The notes under the pieces are model-generated. The model was not told where the DNA came from. It made no database searches and saw nothing but the letters and a program-made list of their open reading frames with translations. A stretch of DNA of 64,000 nt from an uncultured Gammaproteobacteria bacterium (GTDB lineage: Bacteria; Patescibacteriota; Microgenomatia; Levybacterales; UBA12049), in contig CAYQEE010000006.1 in NCBI GenBank assembly GCA_964416445.1, positions 21,230 through 85,229 of the forward strand, in the 5' to 3' direction. The translations under genes were made by a program, and so were the position numbers. Below are positions 10,871 through 23,584 of the stretch, piece after piece (the stretch's first letter is position 1; each line of letters starts with the position of its first letter).

Positions 10871-11167
10871 TTATTTCTTACGAAATGAAGGCCCGATTTG
10901 GCACGGAATAACTTCATAAGTTTCCCAGACGTTATTAACGACATATGGTTCTTTTTTAAGCCACGCCTCAACCTCTTTTTGAGATGGAAACTCAACAATC
11001 ATAACTGATCCTTGCATATTTCCGTGCTCATCTAAGAGTGCCACACCCATATGATAATTTCCTGCAGCTTTCATATTCTCTCCCAGTGCAATATGTTCAT
11101 CTCTCACTGTTAATCGTCTGGCAAGCCCATCCTTTTTATAATCTCGAGCAATAATAATAAATTGCAT
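10871..11167 (-). CDS. YciI-like protein.
   Basis: The 98-aa protein has a YCII-type fold pattern with conserved His/Asp (ALLDEHGNMQGSVMIVEF). Confidence 0.6.
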   Translation of the reverse strand: MQFIIIARDYKKDGLARRLTVRDEHIALGENMKAAGNYHMGVALLDEHGNMQGSVMIVEFPSQKEVEAWLKKEPYVVNNVWETYEVIPCQIGPSFRKK

Positions 11168-11186
11168 AACCTTAGTTCAACAAATA

Positions 11187-12041
11187 TTATATCGAAAAAT
11201 TTCGGAATACCTCAAGAATGCCATGATCATCCACATGAGGAGCAAGAAAATAATTTCCTTCACCTTTTGTCGTAATCATTTCTTTTAACTCATTTGTTGC
11301 ATTTCCCATGGCAGCAACGTACTGGCACAATGACATAAATTGCCAATCACCAATGTTATCACCAACGCCTAACACATGGTCAAAAGTAAGCCCGAGACTT
11401 TGTATGACTTCTTGTGCACCGTAGGTTTTTGAAATACCTGACGCGGTTATCATTGCCACCTCAATTGGTAATAATGCTGGGTTGCTGCTCCATGTTGTCG
11501 TTGTTGTTTTCTGATAGCGGGTAAGAATTGTTTTAATGGTATTTTTTTGGTGGTTGTTATGAGAGAAGGCATTAATGCGAATAATATTTTCATTTTTTGC
11601 TAACTTCGTTAGATCATCAGAGAGGTGTGGTTCTTGTTGCATAAAAATTATTCTTTTTTGCGTGAGTGCTCCAGATTGACTTGTTTGGACAAAATAGTTT
11701 TTGTCAGTAAAAACTTCGAGATAGATATGAGATTTGATAAATGCAGTAAGTAATGCGTGAACAATTTTTCTATCGAAGGAATGTTTACTCAGTACCTTAT
11801 TTGCGAGCGGATCAATAATGAGAGCTCCATTATCCGTAATATGAGGATTATGCAACTGGGCATGGTGAATCGTTGGTAATTTAGCAAAATAATAGCTTCC
11901 GGTACATAAAATTACGGGAATACCTTTCTGCCGAATTTGTTTCAATTTGTCAATAACAGAACGATGAGGATTTGGGTAATTGATACCTAATTGTGAACCG
12001 ACAAGAACACCATCAACATCAAGAATTACTGCTTCAATCAT
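11187..12041 (-). CDS. HAD-IIB (Cof-type) phosphatase.
   Basis: The N-terminal ILDVDGVL nucleophile motif and a C-terminal GDNIGDWQF (HAD motif IV, GDxxND-like) are present. Confidence 0.7.
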   Translation of the reverse strand: MIEAVILDVDGVLVGSQLGINYPNPHRSVIDKLKQIRQKGIPVILCTGSYYFAKLPTIHHAQLHNPHITDNGALIIDPLANKVLSKHSFDRKIVHALLTAFIKSHIYLEVFTDKNYFVQTSQSGALTQKRIIFMQQEPHLSDDLTKLAKNENIIRINAFSHNNHQKNTIKTILTRYQKTTTTTWSSNPALLPIEVAMITASGISKTYGAQEVIQSLGLTFDHVLGVGDNIGDWQFMSLCQYVAAMGNATNELKEMITTKGEGNYFLAPHVDDHGILEVFRNFSI

Positions 12042-12104
12042 CGCAAATGCTTTCGTATTTTAACAAAGTTTAAAAGAATTAGTGAATGTACTCTGTAGCA
12101 TTAT

Positions 12105-12476
12105 TTGTCATTGGAGTATACTATGAGTATGAAAAAAAATTATCAAGAGTTAACGAATGAAATTGCCCGTTCAGGGGGGTTACAAACAGACTTACGTCCG
12201 TATTTTGATCCAATCTATACTTCATGGATGCAGGGAGATTTCTTACGAAAGATATGGCATTCGAAAAAGTATCCATCTATTAAAATTTTTGTAGGTTTAT
12301 TTTTCTTTATTCTCCCAAGTAGTATATGGATTATCGGAGGATTTTTTTCTCAAGCAGCACGTAATGAAGCTTTGGTAGGAACATTATTTCTTCTCTCGCT
12401 CGTAAGTATGTATGGATATATTGGAATACAATTACTACTTCGTGGGCTTCGTGATCTGAGAACTACAAAAAAATAA
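12105..12476 (+). CDS. Small membrane protein, hypothetical.
   Basis: The 123-aa protein has two or three TM helices. Confidence 0.4.
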   Translation: MSLEYTMSMKKNYQELTNEIARSGGLQTDLRPYFDPIYTSWMQGDFLRKIWHSKKYPSIKIFVGLFFFILPSSIWIIGGFFSQAARNEALVGTLFLLSLVSMYGYIGIQLLLRGLRDLRTTKK

Positions 12477-12477
12477 T

Positions 12478-14292
12478 TTATTCAGTTGTCTCAGGTGCTT
12501 TGTTCTTTCGTCCCATTTTTTGGGTGATGTTTATAAAGAATATTTTTTTTGCAAGGAGAAAACTCCAAAGCAGCCCAATACCAAAGAGGAGAAATGAAAT
12601 ACCAGAAATGAGATTACTGATTTTTCGAAGGGGTGTATCAGTCAGTTGTAACGTAATCGTGTGTGCACCTGCTTGGGTTGTTAACTCAATAAAACCAAAT
12701 AAGTTATCAGATCGAATTGGTGTTTGTTTTCCATCAACATATGCTTTCCAACCAGGATATTGATGGACATAAAAAATAAACTGAGTGGGAACTTCAGAAA
12801 CAAGGCGGTATTCTTTTTTCGTGGTGTTGTCCGTAAAACGAGTAATATGCGCTTTTCCTGATATAAGTTTAATTTGACTTTGTGGTGTTGAAGCTTTATC
12901 AGGATTGATAATAGCACCTTTAGGCATGTATCCTATTTCAGGAACGGTCGATGAAAAATCTTGCGTTTGTGCCATATCAAACGAAGAGGCAAAACTGCTT
13001 AACCATTGCGCCGGATGCAAATACCACGCTGATAACAGAAAAACGATGATGACACTCACAAAGTAGATGCTATATTGCACTACGGTGTTTCGAATATTCC
13101 AGAGGAGATATCCCCCAAGAATTGCCGAAAGAAAAATGGTAACCGATAAAAATCGCCAAGGGTATTGAATAAGCGCAACATACGGGTTACTTTCCCAAAT
13201 TCGTTGTGTTACTGGTAATGTTAAACAACATACGAGAACAAAAATGCTTATCGTGCCAACAAGCAATATATTCATTGCCTGCGTTTGTTTTTCCCACCGC
13301 CACCAGAGAATACCAATTGCTGTAAAAAAAATAACCCAATTACTTATACCGACTTGAAAGGATAAATCATCTGAACAATCGGGAACGGAAATACCATATC
13401 CCCAATTGGGAGTAAATAATTGTTGGATGCAGACAAAATGTTGATGAAAATCATAGTACCCACTATGGAGATACATTGGTTGAATAAAGGATTGTTCAAA
13501 TACAAGAGGAATAAGAAAAAAAGATGATAAACACGCACCAAAAAGAAAACTTCCGAGAAACAAAAATAACAGCATAAAATTCTTATCAACAAACGCAAGA
13601 TAGAAAAGGTAAAAAAAGATAAACGGCAAAAACATAATAAGTGTGGGAGGATGGGCAGTCAAAAGACTCGCTACGGAAAGACTTGTTAGGAGAAAATAAA
13701 ACAGTTTTTTTGTCGTTGCATATCGTTTCATTGACCAAAAAAGGAAAGGGATAATGGTTAGTGCTAAAAATTCAGGAAGCGCTGCGCGGACAAAAATATC
13801 CAGAATATGATAGGGAGCATAGAGGTAAATAATCCCTGAAAATAATGCAGGAACTTTTCCAAAATATTCTTTTGTAAATGCATACATTGTGATGCCCGAT
13901 AATACCCAGAGAATACCAACTTCTATTTTAAGAGACGTAGTATTTGCGAACCCAAGCATTCGAGGAATTTGGAACAAATAGTAAAAAAGTGGTTGATAAA
14001 AAGTGAATAAGGGTTGATTAAAACCAGGATGTACCCAATCAATCCAACGAACAGGAATTTGTCCGGCGATAACTGCTTTCGTAAAAAGAAGGAGATAAAT
14101 AACATGGGTTTGAATATCATGTCCTGAAAAAATACCATCGTGGGAAAGCAGATAAAAGGGAATAAGAAACAGAAAAAGAGACAAAAAAATACCTGCTTTT
14201 AGCATAACAAGTAATCCAGAAGTATTTTTTTGTTGCGCTGGTTTTTGTTGTGTCCGATAGAGTTGTTGCTGGTGTTTTTTCTTGCGTTTCAT
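12478..14292 (-). CDS. Large polytopic membrane protein of unknown family, GT-C-fold glycosyltransferase-like (possibly YfhO- or PTPS-related).
   Basis: The 604-aa protein has more than 12 TM helices in the N-terminal two thirds and a soluble C-terminal domain. A GHD...H loop follows TM1. Confidence 0.5.
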   Translation of the reverse strand: MKRKKKHQQQLYRTQQKPAQQKNTSGLLVMLKAGIFLSLFLFLIPFYLLSHDGIFSGHDIQTHVIYLLLFTKAVIAGQIPVRWIDWVHPGFNQPLFTFYQPLFYYLFQIPRMLGFANTTSLKIEVGILWVLSGITMYAFTKEYFGKVPALFSGIIYLYAPYHILDIFVRAALPEFLALTIIPFLFWSMKRYATTKKLFYFLLTSLSVASLLTAHPPTLIMFLPFIFFYLFYLAFVDKNFMLLFLFLGSFLFGACLSSFFLIPLVFEQSFIQPMYLHSGYYDFHQHFVCIQQLFTPNWGYGISVPDCSDDLSFQVGISNWVIFFTAIGILWWRWEKQTQAMNILLVGTISIFVLVCCLTLPVTQRIWESNPYVALIQYPWRFLSVTIFLSAILGGYLLWNIRNTVVQYSIYFVSVIIVFLLSAWYLHPAQWLSSFASSFDMAQTQDFSSTVPEIGYMPKGAIINPDKASTPQSQIKLISGKAHITRFTDNTTKKEYRLVSEVPTQFIFYVHQYPGWKAYVDGKQTPIRSDNLFGFIELTTQAGAHTITLQLTDTPLRKISNLISGISFLLFGIGLLWSFLLAKKIFFINITQKMGRKNKAPETTE

Positions 14293-14293
14293 A

Positions 14294-17080
14294 TTACTGT
14301 ATTGGTTGAATCGTATTTAACAGTTGATAAAACGATGCCATTTGTGGCGAATCTGCAGGGGATGCCGTTATTTCATAAATTACAGTATCTTTTTGTAAAA
14401 CAAAAAAGAGCAATGCTTTTCCTGTTGGTAATCCGTAAATTTTTACTGTGGTTTGGAATCCAGGAATAGTATAGGGTTTTGTAGCAAGAAGCACACCTGT
14501 TGGAGGTTGCAAAGAGGAAGTTGCAAGGTACGAATCAACTGTTTCTTGACTGGTGAGTTGGTGACCATGAATAGCTATGGATAATTGGGGATTTGTTACA
14601 GTACTAATATCCCCATTTGCATAAGAGAAACCAGGAGGAACTTGGAAAGAGAGAACATTTTGTTTATCAGTAATTGAAGTCCACCCATTTTGTGTCGGTC
14701 CATTCCCTGTTTGAGAAATTGGTTGGTTAGTTAGGTGAGCTAGTTCGTTTCGTGCATTTTGATAAATTTCTTGAGATGAATCAGTTAGTTGTAACACTGC
14801 TTTAAACTCATTCACTGCATTCTGGATAGCTCCTGATTTTTCATACGATAATCCCAAATTATAATGAATTTCAGGAGTTTGTGAGGTATGCAGTAAGGTA
14901 TTTTGATAGAATGAAATAGCTGAACTATATTGATTCTGCTTAAACATATAATTCCCAATATCACCGAGAAGGTTTGGTTCATATTGGGAAATAGCTAGTC
15001 CTTTTTTAAAACTCGCAATTGCTTGCGGAGAATTTCCATGATCAATATACCAATCGGCAAGTGTTTGGTAAGCATAAATATAATCATCTTGAATATTTTG
15101 GAAGGCACCAATATAATTCCGTTCAATATAAAAAGGTGACGTTTGCATTGCTGAGTGGATTTGAAACTGAAAAGCGTTGAAATTTGGTTGTTCGGTGCTT
15201 GAGGCGTATACAACTCGTAACGTGAGTCCATTGGGTATTAGCTTAAATCGATTATCTAATTGGAGTTCGCCTGATGTTGTCCCGGCAAGTGCTGAAGCAC
15301 GAAGTGCCAGGGGAGTAATATAAATAGGGTGTTTTGCAATATTATCTGCAATTAACGTGTTCATTGCTCGATTATATTCATCAAAATGTTTGTATTGAAT
15401 AATATTTTCAATTTTTGAAGAAACATACACAGGTGTTGCATGACGGATATCATCACGATACCATTTATTCACATAAAATGTATTTACCGTGATGGGAGTA
15501 ATATCGCGACGATAAATATCTGCCTCATGCAGATAATAGGTAAGTGAATTAAAAAAATCTCCTGAACCGAGAATTATAGCATTTTTTTCAAGAGGAAAGT
15601 ATAAATTATATCCATAATCTTTGCTGTAATAATGATGGCTTCTATTCAAGGCACCAATCCATACAAGAAGCGGGAGAATGCAGAGACATGTTAAGAGAAT
15701 TTTTTGGACAGGTGTTTTCGTGATGTATTGGAAAGAAAAATAAAACCCAATTCCAATAAAAATTGCCATAAAAATCCAAACAGGAATAAACCATGATTCT
15801 TGATTTCCTGAGAAATATAATCCCGCATAAGTAACATCGGTCAATGGAGCGAGTAATAATAGGATAAGTATTGTCTTATTTTTTTTCCACAAAACATACA
15901 TTCCCAGAGGAGCCAGAAGAATAACAAATGGAGTAAATTGAATAAAGAAGAGATAAAGAAAATAGAATACTGATTGAATAAAAACTAACGGGGATCCTGT
16001 AAAACCGTTGATGGTATTTGTTTGGGGTTCATAAATATTGAGTCCTTTTCCTTGAAGTTGTCCAATAAAAAGCGGGAGCGTTTGTGGATTTCCCCAGTTT
16101 ACAAAAGGATAACTTCTTGCACGAACGGGAAGATAACTATATATTACCAAAACAGCAAGAAAAAAGCTTACTCCTACGATTAGTAATTTTCTTTGAGTTA
16201 AACTGTCACGAAAGATAAATAATAAGTAAAGGTAAATCGGGAGAAATACTGCGATTGTTGGGTTTGCACCAGTACCAATTCCGAAAGCAACAGCAATAAG
16301 GATAATCCATCGAAATATTATTGCATCAAATGTTTTATCAGGATTTTTTTGCATTTTAAAAGCTACATATTTTTGTAATAATCGCAAGCAAATGTATACA
16401 AAAATAGTCAGTAACGCATAGGTAAAAATGAAGGCTTCGGTATTTTCTGATTGTGACCAATATTCGTATGAGAATGCTAAGCTCATTGTTGCAAAAAATG
16501 CTGCAAGATGGGAAAGATAGGGATGACTTGTTGCGACTGATTGCGTTTCCGTATCTCCAGTGCTTGTTAAGAATTGAGTATCGATGAGAAGTAAAATAAT
16601 GTTGTACAAAAAGAAGAGTAAAATAAGCGACCAAACAATTGTAAATAATTCCAGTCGGGTTAATACGGAAGCAAATGGTAAAATGGCGAAAAAGTGAGAA
16701 ATAAGCATATACAGAGGAAATCCGGGAGGATTGGGAATACCGAGTGACTTTGACGCTGCAATCATTGTTCCAGAATCAATCCAAAGAATTGATGGAGGTT
16801 TGGTGAGAAAGTAGACAATTCCAGCAAAAATTAAAATAAGAGGAAGAAGATAGCGTATATGCACTATAATGAACAAGTATATTTTTTGAAAAATTCTTTC
16901 ACATTGTTCTGAAAATAAAATCCAATACTTTCTTATTGCTTCCATAATTAAGATGCGGTGAGCTTTGTTACTAGTTATATCATATATTGCTGAGTGAGTG
17001 GAAAATATTTTTACGTATTCACGAAGTCTACTAAGTACTGCTGTTTGCACTCCAATCCTGAGGGCAGTTAGTCTTTTCAT
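14294..17080 (-). CDS. DUF2723/TMEM260-like GT-C membrane protein with C-terminal TPR repeats (putative protein O-glycosyl or mannosyl transferase).
   Basis: The 928-aa protein has the N-terminal signature WIDSGTMIAASKSLGIPNPPGFPLY and about 11 TM helices. TPR-like repeats follow (YYSLGNAYQK-type: HYNLGLSYEKSGAIQNAVNEFKAVL). Confidence 0.65.
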   Translation of the reverse strand: MKRLTALRIGVQTAVLSRLREYVKIFSTHSAIYDITSNKAHRILIMEAIRKYWILFSEQCERIFQKIYLFIIVHIRYLLPLILIFAGIVYFLTKPPSILWIDSGTMIAASKSLGIPNPPGFPLYMLISHFFAILPFASVLTRLELFTIVWSLILLFFLYNIILLLIDTQFLTSTGDTETQSVATSHPYLSHLAAFFATMSLAFSYEYWSQSENTEAFIFTYALLTIFVYICLRLLQKYVAFKMQKNPDKTFDAIIFRWIILIAVAFGIGTGANPTIAVFLPIYLYLLFIFRDSLTQRKLLIVGVSFFLAVLVIYSYLPVRARSYPFVNWGNPQTLPLFIGQLQGKGLNIYEPQTNTINGFTGSPLVFIQSVFYFLYLFFIQFTPFVILLAPLGMYVLWKKNKTILILLLLAPLTDVTYAGLYFSGNQESWFIPVWIFMAIFIGIGFYFSFQYITKTPVQKILLTCLCILPLLVWIGALNRSHHYYSKDYGYNLYFPLEKNAIILGSGDFFNSLTYYLHEADIYRRDITPITVNTFYVNKWYRDDIRHATPVYVSSKIENIIQYKHFDEYNRAMNTLIADNIAKHPIYITPLALRASALAGTTSGELQLDNRFKLIPNGLTLRVVYASSTEQPNFNAFQFQIHSAMQTSPFYIERNYIGAFQNIQDDYIYAYQTLADWYIDHGNSPQAIASFKKGLAISQYEPNLLGDIGNYMFKQNQYSSAISFYQNTLLHTSQTPEIHYNLGLSYEKSGAIQNAVNEFKAVLQLTDSSQEIYQNARNELAHLTNQPISQTGNGPTQNGWTSITDKQNVLSFQVPPGFSYANGDISTVTNPQLSIAIHGHQLTSQETVDSYLATSSLQPPTGVLLATKPYTIPGFQTTVKIYGLPTGKALLFFVLQKDTVIYEITASPADSPQMASFYQLLNTIQPIQ

Positions 17081-17330
17081 GGTAATAAATTCGTTAATAA
17101 TTGCAACTATCTTTTTTCAATACTTTTATAACCTCATAGTATTTTCTTCATACCATAAATAACCTAATCCATTCATTAGGTCTCCCTCCAGCTTCTCAAA
17201 TAGATAATCAATTGTAAAGTAGAACGTTTCTCAAGTATTTTATGAGAAAGTATTGTTGGTATAAACAAATAAAAAACTAAAAAAAGAAAGAGATTAATTT
17301 TGGTTGGTTCGATGTCTTATAATACTCTTT

Positions 17331-17633
17331 TTATACAGGTAAGGGTTTTTGGATTTTCTCAGGAACTGCTTCAATGCCAAGAAATATCTCAACGCCTTTT
17401 CTGGTAATTTTAATAATCCCTAGTTCTATCGGTATTTCTTTCGTTTGATCGTCTAGAAGATAAATAATAATTTTTTCTCTAATTGCTGAAATAAAATTGG
17501 TATGTTTTTCAACCACATCAAACGGACCGAGTTCATTAATCAATGTTGCTGCCTTTACATCACCTGCAAAAATTGTTCCTGTTGGACCATTGACTTCCAG
17601 ATGAAATTTTGATGGTTTTAGTATATGTACCAT
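17331..17633 (-). CDS. atpC: F1 ATP synthase epsilon subunit (short, beta-sandwich domain only).
   Basis: It lies directly after atpD. The pattern matches the epsilon N-terminal domain (HLEVNGPTGTIFAGDV...). Confidence 0.6.
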   Translation of the reverse strand: MVHILKPSKFHLEVNGPTGTIFAGDVKAATLINELGPFDVVEKHTNFISAIREKIIIYLLDDQTKEIPIELGIIKITRKGVEIFLGIEAVPEKIQKPLPV

Positions 17634-17639
17634 AAAGAG

Positions 17640-19892
<2,253 letters not shown>

Positions 19893-19902
<10 letters not shown>

Positions 19903-21353
19903 AATTTCATAATTTGATCTTTATGAGTTAAGACATTTTGCAAAAAATCATTAAAGGTTTTTGCGGTAAAGCACGAATCGAAAAGTGCTTTTGTTTCAGG
20001 CGTCTCAGCAGCTTTTTGTAATTTGGTACGAATTTGTGGAATTTTTTCAATTTCTTTAATTTGATCCACCCAAATGAGACTAAAGAGAATGAGTTGTACT
20101 TGTTCTTCAACAATGGCCATAAACGGTTGTTCGAAAAAAGAAAATATTGTATCGCCTTTTTTGAGAATATTAATCACGTTATCAGTCAATTCGGTACCAA
20201 AATGGGAAAGATCTTGCATGCGTTCATACAGCGTTAAAAAAGCAGTTAACTCTCGGGTAATATCTCGATTGAGTTGTGATTGGGTTTGTCTTCCCGCACG
20301 GGTAACAGAAATATGCACATTAATTGCAGGTCGTCGACCGTTATAGAATATTTCACTATCAAATAAGATGTGTCCGTCTGTAATACCCATTAAATTGGTT
20401 TGAATATATCCCGTGATATCTCCCTCAATGGTTTCAACTACAGGAAGACAGGTAATAGAAACTTCACCTTTTGCCGGATGTTTGAAGTTCCCTGCACGTT
20501 CAAGAAGTCGAGCGTGGGTATAGAAAATATCTCCCGGATAACTATCTCGTCCCGGGAAATTATTGGAAACTAACGATAACTCTCGGTAGAATCGAGCATG
20601 GGCATACAGATCGTCAAGAATAATAAGGACATCTTTACCTTGCTCAGCGAAATACTCAGCTAATGTCATGCTCGCAAACGGAGTAACATAAATCGTACTT
20701 GCGGGATCATATGCACTGGAGGCGACGACCACGACTTTATCTCGTAATCCTTCTTCAATTAGTAACTCTTCAATTGCTTTAATATCGCTTTTTTTCTTTC
20801 CAATAATACAGTAAATAGCCACTGTTCCTTCTTTGATTTGTTTTTTAATCGTATTTAATACAAATGCGGATTTTCCTGTTTTTCGATCACCCATGACTAA
20901 CTCTTTTTGACCTTTTCCCAGCGGAATCATCATATCAACAAGTGTTGTTCCTGTTTTAAATGGTCGAGTAATTCTCGCTCGACTTTTAATACCCGGTGGT
21001 CTTGTATCAACTGGGCGAAATTTCACATCTACGGGATGTAATTTCGTGTCATCAAGGGAATTTCCTAAAGGATCAATAAGCATTCCCAATAAATGATCAC
21101 CAACAGGAATCGAGAGCGTGGTTTGTGTACGAACAACCTTTGTCCCAACAGGAATTTTTTCCTGAGAGAACAGTAAAATAGTGACACTATCCCGATTGAG
21201 TCCGATTACCCAACCTTTTTGCCCTGTTTCAAATAACACGAGTTCTCGTAATTTAACATACGGGAGTCCTTTGGCAATCAGAATAGGAGTATTGACTTGA
21301 TCAACCTCACCATATTCACCAAAGGTGGTTAAATAGTATTGATAATCTTGCAT
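19893..21353 (-). CDS. atpA: F1 ATP synthase alpha subunit.
   Basis: The Walker A motif GDRKTGKSAF is present. Confidence 0.95.
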
Positions 21354-21358
21354 CGTTT

Positions 21359-21829
21359 TTATTCTTTTTTATCTTGAATATATTTTTTTAGTGTGTAATC
21401 TCTGGCAAGTCCTCCGGAACCAATAATTGCGCCCGCGATGAGAGTTGGATCTACTTCGATTTTGAAAAGAACTGATCTTTGGTAATTTTTTCGGAACCAC
21501 TCTGCCATCATATCCAACATATTTTCTGTAGGTTGGATTGGCAGAGAGAGTTCAATGAGAGGAAGTGCTGATATTGTCTCTTTGAGAGAAGTAATAAAGT
21601 TTTGCATATCGGTACTATTCGTTTTATTGATTGCATTTGCCGACATAAGTTGTTCGAATTGTTCTTTTTTTTCGTATGACATTATTGTTTTTAAATAAGA
21701 ATCTAGATCCATTTTTTGTGAATAGATACTATTGACCAGTTCATCAAGTTGCCAAAAAAACGCATCAGCGTCTGCTTTTGTCCGAACTAATTGCGTCAAG
21801 TTTTCTTCAGCCAATTTATATGGTGTCAC
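21359..21829 (-). CDS. atpH: ATP synthase delta (OSCP) subunit.
   Basis: The 156-aa protein is in the delta position. Its C-terminus IAGAIIGSGGLARDYTLKKYI is OSCP-like. Confidence 0.7.
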   Translation of the reverse strand: MTPYKLAEENLTQLVRTKADADAFFWQLDELVNSIYSQKMDLDSYLKTIMSYEKKEQFEQLMSANAINKTNSTDMQNFITSLKETISALPLIELSLPIQPTENMLDMMAEWFRKNYQRSVLFKIEVDPTLIAGAIIGSGGLARDYTLKKYIQDKKE

Positions 21830-22499
21830 GTAATAATATATCCTCCTTTTTGGCTTTCTCTAAGGAATCGAGGAGTAATTTTTCATGGTCAGATGTTGAG
21901 ATTGCTCGGCCTAAAAATTCTAATGATACTTTGTGAACGACAGACGTGACATCATTAGCAATTTTATCCATTTGTTCTTTTTTATATGCCTGAAGTTCTT
22001 CCTGCATTTTTTTGAATGATTCATCTGCTTGTTTAACCAAGGTCTCTTGGACGCTTGAGGTTTTATTTGAAAATTCAGCGAGATATGCGTTCATATCATC
22101 TTGAGTGGTTTTGGAAATATTAGTGAACATATCCTGCGTTTGTTGTTCCACAGTCGCATGGAGCGTTTCTAAGTTTTTCTTATATTCACTAAGCAAATCT
22201 TGCACTGTTTTTGCAACAGTTGCGTCTGCATTATCAACAATTTTTTTATTCGTCTCAACAATTTCTTGTTCGAGTTGTGTTCCTTTTTCTGAAGCTTCAG
22301 CTAAAATCCGTTCAGCATCTTTATGGGCATGCAATAATACTTTTTTATAATTGTGAATTGTCCGTTTTTCTTTTTCTTCAAATTTTTCTTCAGCGTCGAA
22401 AACTTTTTTAAAAAAAAGTGCAAACCCGCCAATAGCAACCACTAAAAAACAGGTGAGTACCAACAATAATAAGCCTTCAGAAAGTATAGGCAGATTCAT
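21816..22499 (-). CDS. atpF: ATP synthase Fo b subunit.
   Basis: A single N-terminal TM helix is followed by a long charged coiled-coil stalk. Confidence 0.75.
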   Translation of the reverse strand: MNLPILSEGLLLLVLTCFLVVAIGGFALFFKKVFDAEEKFEEKEKRTIHNYKKVLLHAHKDAERILAEASEKGTQLEQEIVETNKKIVDNADATVAKTVQDLLSEYKKNLETLHATVEQQTQDMFTNISKTTQDDMNAYLAEFSNKTSSVQETLVKQADESFKKMQEELQAYKKEQMDKIANDVTSVVHKVSLEFLGRAISTSDHEKLLLDSLEKAKKEDILLRDTI

Positions 22500-22505
22500 A
22501 TACTT

Positions 22506-23393
22506 TTATAATCTTAACACAAGAAAACCCATAACAAAACCAGTTGCTAAAATAACAATGGCGATAAAGACATTCAGTGCCATACCAATATGAATTTCAG
22601 TACTTGAAAGAGGGTTTCGTCCTAACGCATCAATACCTTTATTTGCTGTCCGTGAAATTAGCACAAAAGCAAATAACAGTGCTAGTGCTACAATACCCCC
22701 AGCGAGAACATACTTAAAAACTAAACTTGGTTGTTCATAGGTTGCCAAGGTACTTAAAGCAAAGATATCAAGTAAACTGGAACGAATATTTGCATTGCCA
22801 ATGAAATAGTGAATATTAAGACTGATAGGAATTTTCCCAATTGTTTTCGGATTACTTGCTGTATAGTCACTGAGCGCAACGCCAATAGTATAACCTGGTG
22901 CGGAAGCTTTTTGTCCAATACCTGAGATAGTGGAACTCGTAATAAAATCACCTTTTTTAATTGGTCCATTGCTTGTTGTAACAAGGATTTGTCCCTGCCC
23001 TGTTGCAACCACGGGATAGAAGGGAATAGGGCCTTGAATGTCTTGGGTAATTGCAGGATTTGCAGTAATAACGCCAACCATAAATTGATCACCGGGAGTT
23101 TTACTTAATGCATAAGTACCATCAGTAAATGAGACAATTTCTCCCTCGCGAATATTCGATGTGCCAATAGGATAATAGTTTGCAGGGGAATAAAGGGTGT
23201 TCGTATCAGTTGCTGCATAGGTAAAGTTTTTTAGTATGGAAGATTGAAAGGAAAAGAGAATAAGAATGATGAGTGAAGTTTCGAAAATTACAAATAACGA
23301 TCGTTTTATTCTAGTTGGTTGTCTCATAAGTACAAGAATAATGGATAAAAATATCCCTCTCATAAGCAAAGCATATTTATCAAAAAAATGCAA
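22506..23393 (-). CDS. Atypical membrane protein occupying the atpB/atpE slot of the operon. It has two N-terminal TM helices, a Gly/Thr/Ser-rich soluble beta domain of about 170 aa, and a C-terminal two-helix hairpin resembling an Fo c-subunit.
   Basis: The C-terminal 70 aa (LAGGIVALALLFAFVLISRT-ANKGIDALGRNP-...IGMALNVFIAIVILATGF) resemble the c-subunit helix-GRNP/ARQP loop-helix pattern. The ion-binding carboxylate position appears to be Asn. The likely start is the ATG at 23363 (MRGIF...). Confidence 0.45.
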   Translation of the reverse strand: MHFFDKYALLMRGIFLSIILVLMRQPTRIKRSLFVIFETSLIILILFSFQSSILKNFTYAATDTNTLYSPANYYPIGTSNIREGEIVSFTDGTYALSKTPGDQFMVGVITANPAITQDIQGPIPFYPVVATGQGQILVTTSNGPIKKGDFITSSTISGIGQKASAPGYTIGVALSDYTASNPKTIGKIPISLNIHYFIGNANIRSSLLDIFALSTLATYEQPSLVFKYVLAGGIVALALLFAFVLISRTANKGIDALGRNPLSSTEIHIGMALNVFIAIVILATGFVMGFLVLRL

Positions 23394-23584
23394 AGAGGGT
23401 TTTTATTGATTTGGTAATCAGAATCATGATCCTTTCATAAAGAATGGATCTTTTATAATGGCCTATAAAATGGTAATTATTTGATTATTATTTTTAGAAG
23501 GATCTTACGAGAGGAAAAAAGGTGCTAAGACAAAAAAATAAGATGAGAAACTCATCTTATTAAAAACTCAATTTATACCTCAAG

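Noticed and set aside
22506-23393. Reading the 295-aa protein as a divergent Fo a-subunit.
   Set aside because: An a-subunit has 5-6 TM helices, no large soluble loop, and a conserved Arg in TM4. This protein has a 170-aa Gly/Thr-rich soluble domain between TM pairs and no such Arg-containing helix.
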